Origin: Vezdaea acicularis
Lineage: Eukaryota
Direction: 5' to 3'
Length of the DNA: 52,417 bases
NCBI GenBank assembly: GCA_026025075.1
Contig: JAPEUI010000027.1
Location: 124,001-176,417 of the forward strand
Below the pieces are notes generated by a model. That model saw nothing but the letters and a program-made list of their open reading frames with translations, made no database searches and was not told the origin of the DNA. Position 1 is the stretch's first letter, and each line of letters opens with the position of its first letter. Below, piece by piece: positions 1-9,212 of this stretch. Made by a program: the position numbers and the translations under genes.

Positions 1-537
1 GCCCGTCTTGGTCCGACGCTTGATCTCCTTCTTGTGCCTTCCTCCCGACATGATCCGACTGTCGTTCGGCAATTGGTAGCGCATGCCCTGGTGATGTGGA
101 GAGGACGTGACGTTGGGGTGTTGATGGCCCGGTGGTGGGAGATTCTGGTGTTGCTGTCCGTAGTACGCGGGAACCTGACCGCCCGGCGGTGGCAGTGGCG
201 AGCCCATCCCGACCTGCTGCTGTTGCGGTTGACGAGGGTCGATGGATCGGATGGGAGGGAGATTGAGACTGGGGAGCGAGACGTGTGATCCGGTGGGCGA
301 GGCACGATAGGGTTCGACGTTCTGCTGTTGTTGAGGAGCAGGATAGGCGTAGGCGGACATGGAAGGGGACGGGTACGAGTGCGGCGACGGGTAGGAGGTC
401 GGCTGGCGCGACTGCGAGGTGTTCTGCTGTTGCGACATGCCGGTCATGTAAGGCTGCGCGTAGCCAGGATGAGGCGGCGACGGTGTTGACGGGGCGGAGG
501 GCGGGTTATCCAGATGGGACAGATGATGATGCGACAT
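1..537 (-). CDS. Zn(II)2Cys6 (C6 finger) transcription factor, 5' part (runs off the window edge)
   Basis: Not in the ORF track because there is no stop in the window. Minus strand from ATG at 537 reads MSHHHLSHLDNPP...SYPSPHSYPSPSM...LPSLNLPPIRS...IMSGGRHKKEIKRRTKTG. RRTKTG is the segment that typically precedes CLTCRKRRIKC in fungal C6 fingers; the cysteines themselves lie outside the window. In-frame stop upstream at 619-621. Confidence 0.8.
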   Translation of the reverse strand, partial: MSHHHLSHLDNPPSAPSTPSPPHPGYAQPYMTGMSQQQNTSQSRQPTSYPSPHSYPSPSMSAYAYPAPQQQQNVEPYRASPTGSHVSLPSLNLPPIRSIDPRQPQQQQVGMGSPLPPPGGQVPAYYGQQHQNLPPPGHQHPNVTSSPHHQGMRYQLPNDSRIMSGGRHKKEIKRRTKTG

Positions 538-1642
538 GGAGGCCGACGGAGAAGGGAGAGAAGGAGAGGAGCAGGAGGACGGCGGCGGTCGATGGGATAC
601 GGTCGCCCTTTGGAATTCTCACGGAGAACTCGGTCTGCTTTTGCGTGTGTCGGGGCCCAGTGGCCGCAGTCAGACGAGAATGGCCGAATCAGGCGTGGAT
701 CAACCGCGGGTGATGATCGAAGGCGAGGCAGAAGCGAACCCAAGCGAGATCGCGAAACCGAACGGCGAGGGTCGTCTGGGGGCCGGGTCGTCTGCTGGCG
801 ATGAGACGAGGGCGCGAGCTGCGAGCGAGAACGAGGCTTTGGACTCGAGGTAAAAAGGAATGACGCTGGACGGGTTGCGAGCGGCGGCGGGCTTGTGGCG
901 ATGAGCGTGTCGACGAAGATGAGAGAGAGAGGACAAGGGGCGAGCAGGAAAGAGCTTGGGAGAAAAATGGGAAAATGAGAGAGAAAAAATCGGAGACTGC
1001 GGCACCGTGTCAACTCGACCGTCCGAGCGTGGGCAGCGAGTCAGGCCGCGGGGGAGGGCCACTTGGGCAACTTTCCGTTCCTCTCTGGCCGCCGGATAGG
1101 GAGCTGCTCACGTGTCACCGTCCGCTGCCCGTAACCTGTGACCTGACGTCTTCTCGACGGGCGCCCTCCTTAGGCACCGTGTTGTTGCTGGTGCTCGGTG
1201 GTGCTCTGCGGTGCTTCGCTGCTCGGCCCCGTGCAGTTTCGTCGTGGCGCGCAAAAGAATGTTGTTTGGGCCTTGCCAAGCGCGGGAATGCGCCGAGCCT
1301 GAGCGGAGGCTGATGCGTCTCGTCTGAGCAGCGATTGGTAATGCGCGGACCAGTCCGGTTGGCGAGAGGAAGAAAGAGAGAGCCGCTGGGCGAGTGGAGC
1401 GGGATGGGAGATAGGTGAATCTGGCGTGTCTTCGGCAGCAAGCAGCAACAGACAGCGCGGGCGGCGTCGAGGATTATCGCATTTATTCCCTCGAGATGAA
1501 CCGCCAAAACGAATATCCTGTGAGCAGGGCGGGCTTGGCGAAGGGTCCGGGGCGGCGTCAGATTGGCTGGGGCCGGTGCGACGGGTAAAGTTAGCGAACG
1601 GGGATGGAGGTGGGAGGAGGCGGCGGCGGTAGCGAGACACAG

Positions 1643-1687
1643 CACGCGGGTGACAAAAAAACCGTCACACCAAAATAGTCGAGAGCG
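1643..1687 (+). repeat. Left terminal inverted repeat (45 bp)
   Basis: CACGCGGGTGACAAAAAAACCGTCACACCAAAATAGTCGAGAGCG. The first 32 bp are the exact reverse complement of 2861-2892; the remainder matches with one indel and one mismatch. Confidence 0.95.
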
Positions 1688-1712
1688 ATGAAATTTAATT
1701 GTGAAGAGCTAG

Positions 1713-2828
1713 CTAATATCCAGTCATTCTCCCTTCGCAATTAATGACTTCCTGTAACCTCTGAGGCATTGATAGTACCTGTGCATTAATAAACTCCTGT
1801 GAGACCATAGCCCAGCCCTCGTATATCAGTTCTCGCGTGGTTGTATCATCCCAATGAGGGTATTTGTTGAGATTTTGCTTGGGAATCTGCCAGCAATTTT
1901 CAATTGGTGACAGATCTGGTGATGAAGGGCAATTAAAATAATGCTTTAGGCTATGATTATCCTTCCAATTTCTTACAATATTGGATTTTCCAGGCCCGTG
2001 TCCACTATCATTATCCTCTTCCAGCACAAATTCTTGTTCACATTGCAGCCAAGGCTTAACAATTGGCTCTAATATCTGTTCAATATAGGCTTTCTGTGAC
2101 ATTTTTCCGTTATTATTCCCTTGTATATTGTAGAAATGAATATCTGATTTAAAATTCCATCCCACTGCTGCCCAACAATGCAGTCTTTTCCGGTCATTCT
2201 CTCTTGTCACATTGGTATATTGAAGGCAATCATTGCAGTATCGCATTCCCGGCTTTCGAATTATTTGAAGTTTGCGTTGAGGTCCCCAGCCAAAGTGTAC
2301 CTCGTCAGAAAATCGTACGTGCTTCCAGTCCTCTGCTGAAGGATAGCGTTCCAACATTATCCTTGCCCATTCTAATCTCTTTGTAGCTGTGCGGGAGTTA
2401 ACCCAACCTTTCAAACAGGCTATGCACTTGTGATATTCCATTGTACCCATTGCTCTCTTGATAGTACGTCCATTACAGTCTAATCCTACCTCTGTACCAA
2501 GTTGCTGCCAGGTAAGTGCTCGTGCCTCTATCCCTTCTTGTTCCAAAAGCTGTTCCATCTGTTGGATCTTTTCTGGTGAGACAATTGACTTGCGACCTCT
2601 AGTCTCTCTTGTATTAGGTTTGTTGTGGTGTCGCCGTATAGAATCCTGGCCTTGAAGAATTTCATGTCCCCGTCGGCTTGTCACTCCAAAGTATCGAAAA
2701 ACATCTTCCTTAAAGAAAGGAAGACCTTGGGCTCTGCAAAATTCGACTGCACCCTGTATTTTCGCTTTATTGGGCGTTGAATAGTGGCATTTGGCCTCGC
2801 GGGGCTCAAGAATTGGTGGTGTTGACAT
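1713..2828 (-). CDS. Tc1-like DDE transposase, 371 aa, DD37E
   Basis: First ATG inside the element is at 2828 (MSTPPILEPREAK). N-terminal HTH-like region and GRK linker. Catalytic motifs are WKHVRFSDE, EEDNDSGH and SPDLSPIENCW, with 37 residues between the second D and the E (counted). Confidence 0.93.
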   Translation of the reverse strand: MSTPPILEPREAKCHYSTPNKAKIQGAVEFCRAQGLPFFKEDVFRYFGVTSRRGHEILQGQDSIRRHHNKPNTRETRGRKSIVSPEKIQQMEQLLEQEGIEARALTWQQLGTEVGLDCNGRTIKRAMGTMEYHKCIACLKGWVNSRTATKRLEWARIMLERYPSAEDWKHVRFSDEVHFGWGPQRKLQIIRKPGMRYCNDCLQYTNVTRENDRKRLHCWAAVGWNFKSDIHFYNIQGNNNGKMSQKAYIEQILEPIVKPWLQCEQEFVLEEDNDSGHGPGKSNIVRNWKDNHSLKHYFNCPSSPDLSPIENCWQIPKQNLNKYPHWDDTTTRELIYEGWAMVSQEFINAQVLSMPQRLQEVINCEGRMTGY

Positions 2829-2848
2829 TGAATTTGTTGTGGTGTTAC

Positions 2849-2892
2849 CGCTCTCGATTATTTGGTGTGACGGTTTTTTTGTCACCCGCGTG
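2849..2892 (-). repeat. Right terminal inverted repeat (44 bp)
   Basis: CGCTCTCGATTATTTGGTGTGACGGTTTTTTTGTCACCCGCGTG, the reverse complement of the left TIR. Confidence 0.95.
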
Positions 2893-5800
2893 ACAGAAGA
2901 AGGCGACGCGAAACTTCGAAAATACGAAAGCAGCGGGAAGGGCTGGGGGCCCGGGGTGAGCAGCGACAAAGCAGCGAGCACGCCTCGCGTTCGGCAAGCT
3001 GACTTCCGACCTGCCGCAAACCCGCAAAGCCCGCCAAGCGGCGAAGAGCCGTCCGAGGGGGGCCTGCTCCTTGCGCGCAGCCGACCAGGCACCGATACGC
3101 GCTCGAGCCTGAGGGTCAAGGGAGAGAGGGTGGGAGACGGCTGAGGAGATGGACGACGAGTGCACGGTTGTTGTTTCTTGTCCTGGACGCGCGACTGCCT
3201 CTTTGTTCATTGCCGTCTGCCGCGACAGGGAAAGAGCCTTCACTTGTCTACGAAAAGGAAGAGCGACGGGGAATGGCGACTTGGCGCTAGCCTCGAGCGG
3301 GAAGGTCGCCGTTGCGGAGACGGGCGCGCATGCCTTCCCAACGCGGAAGGGGCCTCAGGAGGAGAGGGGAGATGCCGCGGGGAGAAGGCGCAGAGTGCTG
3401 CTGCAGGGTAATAGAGCAGCTCCAGTGGCAAACAAGGCGCTCGTCTCTGCCAGGATATGGTGTTGGATTCGTGTGGGCATGGCGACAAACTAGGAGTGCA
3501 CGATGCTCATAAACACGTCCAGCATGATGGGGCTGCCCTTCTCGTCGGAGGGCTTCAGCCGACGTATAGGTCAGCCTTTCGGTGGCTTGAACATGGATGG
3601 AATGCCAATGCAGACTCGCCAAAGCCATTGCGCCATCGCTTGGCTACGGCTTCGCCTTGGCAACACAGCAGATATCAAGAGGCCAGCATGCCCGACAGAA
3701 CGAAGGCAGATAGCGTAAGGCTCTATAGACATGATACGATGGGGAAGGACTAGGACGAGTATCACATGAGCGATGGTTGAAGCGCACAAGACGGGCTACC
3801 TTGCCTCGGCATTCGTCCCTGGGAGGAAGGCACGTTTTGAGTGAGGTATTCAATCTCTTAGGAAGGCACGCGGCACGGATTTGGGGCCCCACGATCTGGC
3901 TCGGCTTTGAACAGCAGCAGACGATGCGGTCGACGGCAACGAAAGATTAGATTCAAACCAGAACGTGGACGTGCGCCGAGCTGTGGATACTACACTGCTG
4001 AGTACAGACCGTGCTCGGTGATAGCAGTCGCTTCAACGTTTGGGTTTCAGCTCGTTTAGCTTGCAGTCCACGTTTGAGAGAGAGCGGCAAGCCAGCTTGA
4101 GCTCTGTTTCGCGTCATATTAGCGGGCGTTGCACGTGTCGATTGCGAGGGTCGACTGGGCTGGGGACTAAAACCTTTCATCATACACCTTGGCTCTGGTC
4201 GACTGCAGATTGCTCGCAGCAGGATACTGGCTAGTCCTGTTTTGAGAGAATTGCAATCCGGTAAGAGTGATTGGTTCGGCTCCGTAAGGAAGAAGACGGG
4301 ATCGGACGTCACGTAAACCGACATGGGAGAGCTTCAAGGGAGATGACGCGATACCGGAGAAGGTTTGACCTGTTCCTTGGAGATAGACTCGAAGCTGCCC
4401 GTTCAGAGAAGGCCAGCGATGCGCAGCGTCCAGGGTTAGAAAACCCTAATGTTGGTCTGGAAGCGGCGAGCATTCTAGAAGCTTGCCTGTTGCGTCGATG
4501 CCAAGACCTCTAGGGCTGCGAAAACGCTCGTCTCCTGGAAACCGCACGCATCTCCCATTGCACACTTATCGAAGACACCAAAATCAACAGACACAAAGCT
4601 CGTGTATCTCTAAAGTTCTTGGAGCTTCACACATGACGACAGTGGCATTTGACTCCCCATGTCAATTGGCTGGCAAATACTGCCCGGACCACAACGACCA
4701 AACCAGGACAATCTTTGAGGCAGACGCGGTAACGGACGAGGTAATATCGCCCGATCGCCTTCTCGATGGGGGCCTGCCTTTCGCACGCATATTCCTCATA
4801 TGTCTTTTGCTTTTTCCCATCATAATTTCTCATGCTCCTCTCGGTGGGTCCTTGTTCTCTCCCCGAGCCTCGGTGTTTCAAGCAAGGTCCGCGCAGTCCT
4901 GCGCATGGGCCGCTCGTTGGGCTCCTTCTATGGTCAATGAGAAAAAACGTGGCAAGCGGCGACCGTCTCCTGGCTCAGATCCTACTCCTGCTTCATTTTC
5001 ACGCAGCTTTGACCAAGGAATGAGGACGACGCTAGCAATCAGATTCGAATGTCTCTTGCCGACGCACCATGAGATGTACTTACCTAATGCAATCGTCAGT
5101 CCATCGCTGCGCTAAGCTATGTGGATTTGCCCTTGTACCTCTCACAGGGATTCTCACCTCGGAGCGGCAATCAAACCAGCTCCATCGATGACAGCATAGA
5201 GTATGAGCCGGCAATCGGCCTTCACCCAAATCGGCGGTTTTGCTTCAACGATGTTTTGTCATATTCCAACAGGTTAATCAATCAAACTATCCTGCAAAAT
5301 GATCAGATCTTTTTAGTTACGGAAGGCCAAATATATCCTTGCTTAGGCCCACGTGAGACTCTGGGCAACAGCCATTCTCAGCTTACTTTCGTTTTATCTC
5401 TTATACTAAAGCTCACGCTTGTTATGTTGGCGTATATCAACTTTGACCCGACTCGGTCACAGTCTGTTCTCTAGTATACGATCATTATATGTGATCAAAT
5501 GCGCATCCAATCCTGCATTGATAAAGACGTAAGAATTGTCTTTTCAGATATCTAAACAGATCTCGGCATACCAGGCAAATATGCAATCCCCAAGCTACCT
5601 AGCCTTGGTATCGTCAAAAAACAAAAGGGCATAGGTCTCGCTCAGCTATAAATTACTCCCTCAACCATGCTCTGTATCGATATGTACACTGCGCCGTGCA
5701 TCTTCACCGAATGACATATATACGGTCAGCTCCAATTACTCTTTCAGCCTAGATTCTCTAAGTTCTCTTAGAGGAAGTTGGTCCTAGAGTCATTAGGCCG

Positions 5801-6026
5801 CCCATGGACCCCCAGATTGTTGGCAAACTGGACTTTCTGACCAAGGTTTGCTGCTGTCTGAAGCTCTGATAGGTGTGTCGACAGATCTGTACAAGTTCTC
5901 GGATGGTGGTCGAGACTGATCAACCTCCTTGACTCCGTCAACCCCATGTCTAGCCGTCCCTGCCCGCTTTCTTCTTAAATGTTCCCGCACAGAATTTTGT
6001 GCTGTCTTTTCTGCGTAAGTGTGCTA

Positions 6027-6763
6027 TCATCTTGCAGCTAAGATACTGGACGTCTCCGATCCTCCCCCATTTGAATTTCCGCTTGAAGATGAAGTCGTGG
6101 ACGCGCTCGCTGTTTGTACTGACCCTATAGGAGTCGTCATTTCTATCCCAGTGAAGGTCTGATTCATCGCCGTTATTGGCGAGAGAAAGCTCAAACCATT
6201 GGTGGCGAGAGGCGGACATTGAACCGATAATGGAATTCCACTTCCCCCATTCGTGTCCATGCAGGCTTTGCAAGCATTGAAAGTTACCCAACACCTAGTA
6301 TTGGCTAAGGTATGACTCCCGCATCTGCCACATTTTGCTTTCCCATATACGATTGCAAAGCTATCGTCGAGGAAATGTTAGCTAACGATCTGTGCCCTGC
6401 AAGTACCACGGCTTTACAGTGGATGAACACTGCTTACGCTTCTTTCAGTTCCTTTCCCGTCAACCCAGCCCCGAAGTCACTTGGACTGACACACTTATAC
6501 ATTGCAGCACAGCCGTAACCAAAGGCGTTGTTCCCGTCAGTGAAGCTCGTATACCGGTTGTATACAGTGTTGTTGTCGTATAGGCTCACTGCAGTAATGC
6601 AGTATGCTTGTTTGATCATGTCGCAATTCCCAGAGCCTTTACAATTGCTACTTTGATTCGGACCCCACGCTGGCTCTACTGTTGAGTTTTGCGCGACGAT
6701 GAGCAGCACCTGCGCTATGCAGAAGAACGAAACTATGCTCCGAAGGTATGAACATCGCGCCAT
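6027..6763 (-). CDS. Secreted cysteine-rich KP4 killer-toxin-like protein with Ser/Thr-rich tail (219 aa, 2 exons)
   Basis: Exon 6763-6438, intron 6437-6361 (GTAAGC...GCTAAC...TAG), exon 6360-6027; the join is in frame (660 nt). Hydrophobic signal peptide, then NCKGSGNC...YDNNTVY...GCAAMYKC...GLTGKELK...KCGRCGSH...WVTFNAC. This matches the order of KP4-family motifs (NCRGSxxC, GCxxCGS, LTxNYV). Confidence 0.7.
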
Positions 6764-8499
6764 ATTGAAGGTGGGAGGAGATGGCAAGAGGGAGGTTTCG
6801 TGTCGGAGGAGAAGGAAAAGGCGATTCCCTCTGCTGCTGACCAGAACCAGCACGCGCAATCTTGAAATGCAACGCAAGATTCTATTTCGAAGGTCTGCAG
6901 CACCTTCGTTCTCGGAAGGTTGATCACTTCGTCAATGCTTCGTTTGCATTCTCATCGATCGATCGGTTTTCCACCCATATCGCTTGGACTTCAAAGCTTT
7001 GAAGAGCTGCACCAGCGGACAGTCATTTTAAATGAGCGCATATACCGCGAGATCACACGAAGGATTTCAGCGACTTTCATTTTCGCCCTCATGCGACAAG
7101 CGTCATGATTGGTGGGTCGTAGGAGCACGGACCTGATTGTCTTATTCGCATCAAGTGAAACACGGCACCACAAAACAACGGTACCGAGCCCACGTCTCAA
7201 TCATTTGCCTTTGGTGCGAAGCTGGCACTATTTCTGCCTACTACTGCTGAGCAGGTGGCGCAATGGCGATTCGTTGTTTAATTGGCTCGGAGCAGGATTG
7301 GGTTTCTGATGCAAGATACACGTGGCTTTGGGGATGTGCTTTCCCGGATATGGTATGGCCTTCCAGCTGAGTATCATTCCATACCGCGGCAATGGAATCA
7401 AGACTTGGAGAAGCTTTTGCTAGGCAGGGTTCAAGATGATACCATTTCCCCATGTTATCGCGCATGTTCCACTCGCATCGCTACTGCTTCTTCATCAACA
7501 ACGTCATCTTGTCTAACCACTAAATCAACGGCCATTTCTCATGACTTGCCAAACACGAGTTCGTGATGATCTCACCAGTTCGCAAGTAATACGCCACCCC
7601 TCCCCTACAGCCAGTCGCCATTGCCTGTCTCAAACCGCACCAGTCAGTCACACTCGAAGCCAGTTTCGGATCGTGTTATGGCAGCGCTAGGGCCAAGCCC
7701 TGACCTAAGCGTCTCGTAGCCAGCACAGCACAGCATCGCTCGCGCACTGTATTCTTACCAGCTCAGCCGGTTTCTGCCATACCTCGGTCTGGACCGACAG
7801 TTGGGTTGAAGGGGTGTAGAGGGGGTTGTGCGTTGATAGCACCGGTCACCTGCGAAAGTCTGATACAGCCAGCGCCCGAACAAGCAGCCAGCCAGCCAGC
7901 CAGCTAGAGCACACCGGCAACACCAAGCCGAAAAAGCGAGCACGGTACAGACCAGCGCTCGGACAGCAGGGAGTGGTCGGGTTGCAATTTTCTTATCTAC
8001 GGACTAACATCCGCGCGTGCTGGACGGCGAGGCTTTGTCTGGCCTCCCTCGCCGTGGGGCCGATAAGCGTGCGTGGGCCTGATCTGCCACCTTGCTCTGT
8101 TGGACGGGTTGTATAGAGAAAGGCTGGTGGGCGTCGATCTTGGTGATGCTGCTGGGGAGCTTGGTCGCTGCGTTCGCCGTCCAACCCCCAACAGTTTCCC
8201 ATGTGTTGCCGATGCAACGCTCTGGCTGCCAAGGCGTGCTCGACCCCGTTCTCCCTGTGATTCTTGCTGAGATCTTCGCGTTGAGGCTTGTTCCGATTTG
8301 TGGGACCTCAATCGCCTTCTTTCTCGACAAGGCTGCTTGTATCGTTGTACCTATTCTTGCCAGCAGATCTCCACACATCGCACCACTCCTCCCGTCCACT
8401 ACTCCTATCCGCTCTCCCCCTTCCAACTCAGGGCCGCCTTCAACCGTCATTCCCTTCACTCGGCCCTCATCGGGGTAAACAAGCCATTCGAACAAACCC

Positions 8500-9010
8500 A
8501 CCTCCTCCCCTTACCCCCGCTTCCCCAATGCCCCAAAACAGTCCACTCAGCACCCACCCCCCCCCCCCCTCCCTTCTCACCCACGCGCTAGCACCACCCC
8601 AGTCTTCCTCCCCTTCCTCAAGAAAATTAGAACCGTTGAGTAGGCCGAGAAGTCTCGAGATGAATACTAATACCAATATCCACGGGGAGTGTGCCTTAAG
8701 CTTGATGAAAAGCTTCATGGGTTCACGCTGAAAGAGGATCCCTTGCTATTTTCTGCTTCTGGAGGTTTGGGTGGGGGGATGGAGGGGTTGACATCGTGGG
8801 ATGCGGGGGGGCGGGGGTTCTTGTTGTGGTCCAGGGGGGGAGGGAGAGGGGAGGGGAGGTCTTGGATGGCTTGCTGAGGGGGTGAGGGTGGGGAAAGGAG
8901 GGGGTGTGTGTTCCTTAAAATGGGGGGGGGGGGTTCGGTTTTTTTGGGAGTTAGTCGCTGGTTAGAGGGAGGGGGAAGGTCAGGGGTGGATTGCGTGTGG
9001 TGCGGACTCG
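8500..9010. repeat. Low-complexity C-rich then G-rich tract with C13 (8557-8569) and G12 (8922-8933) homopolymers
   Basis: Read directly from the sequence; many G3+ runs in 8760-8990 (G-quadruplex potential). Confidence 0.7.
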
Positions 9011-9212
9011 GTTGGTTATGGAGGTTATTCAAACTCTATGTATTGCGCTCTATAAAATACATCTCAAGCCCCTGCCCCCTCACCAGCCCCAACCCGTAAA
9101 AGGAGCCGGTGAATTCGCTAACCCCAGACCAAGGGCAGAGCCACATATAGGACTCAACGCGCCCCCCATCCACACCTTCAAGCGCCTCCCATCTCGTTCC
9201 CCCATCCACCCC

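Larger units (their letters stand above)
1643..2892 (-). mobile_element. Intact 1,250-bp Tc1/mariner-superfamily (DD37E) DNA transposon
   Basis: Terminal inverted repeats at 1643-1687 and 2849-2892, flanked on both sides by ACAG (1639-1642, 2893-2896). Single intact transposase ORF. AT-rich interior inside very GC/CpG-rich flanks. Confidence 0.95.

Noticed and set aside
34..1645. Many overlapping ORFs in the GC-rich region
   Set aside because: They are antisense or UTR shadows of the Zn2Cys6 gene and a consequence of high GC; no recognisable domains.
1642..2896. Element acting as a self-removing (introner-like) intron using a GC donor at 1642 and the AG of the TSD
   Set aside because: Splicing would not restore the empty site (one base lost), the donor is weak, and no + strand host gene is evident.
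2829..3119. 97-aa N-terminal extension of the transposase in the ORF track (468 aa)
   Set aside because: It starts at a TTG outside the TIR in host flank. The element-encoded protein begins at ATG 2828.
4483..5474. 210-aa and 117-aa ORFs
   Set aside because: Non-ATG starts, no recognisable motifs and no supporting gene structure.
7885..7904. (CAGC)5 microsatellite; also (CGGAT)3 near 30916
   Set aside because: Ordinary short tandem repeats with no spacers; not CRISPR-like.
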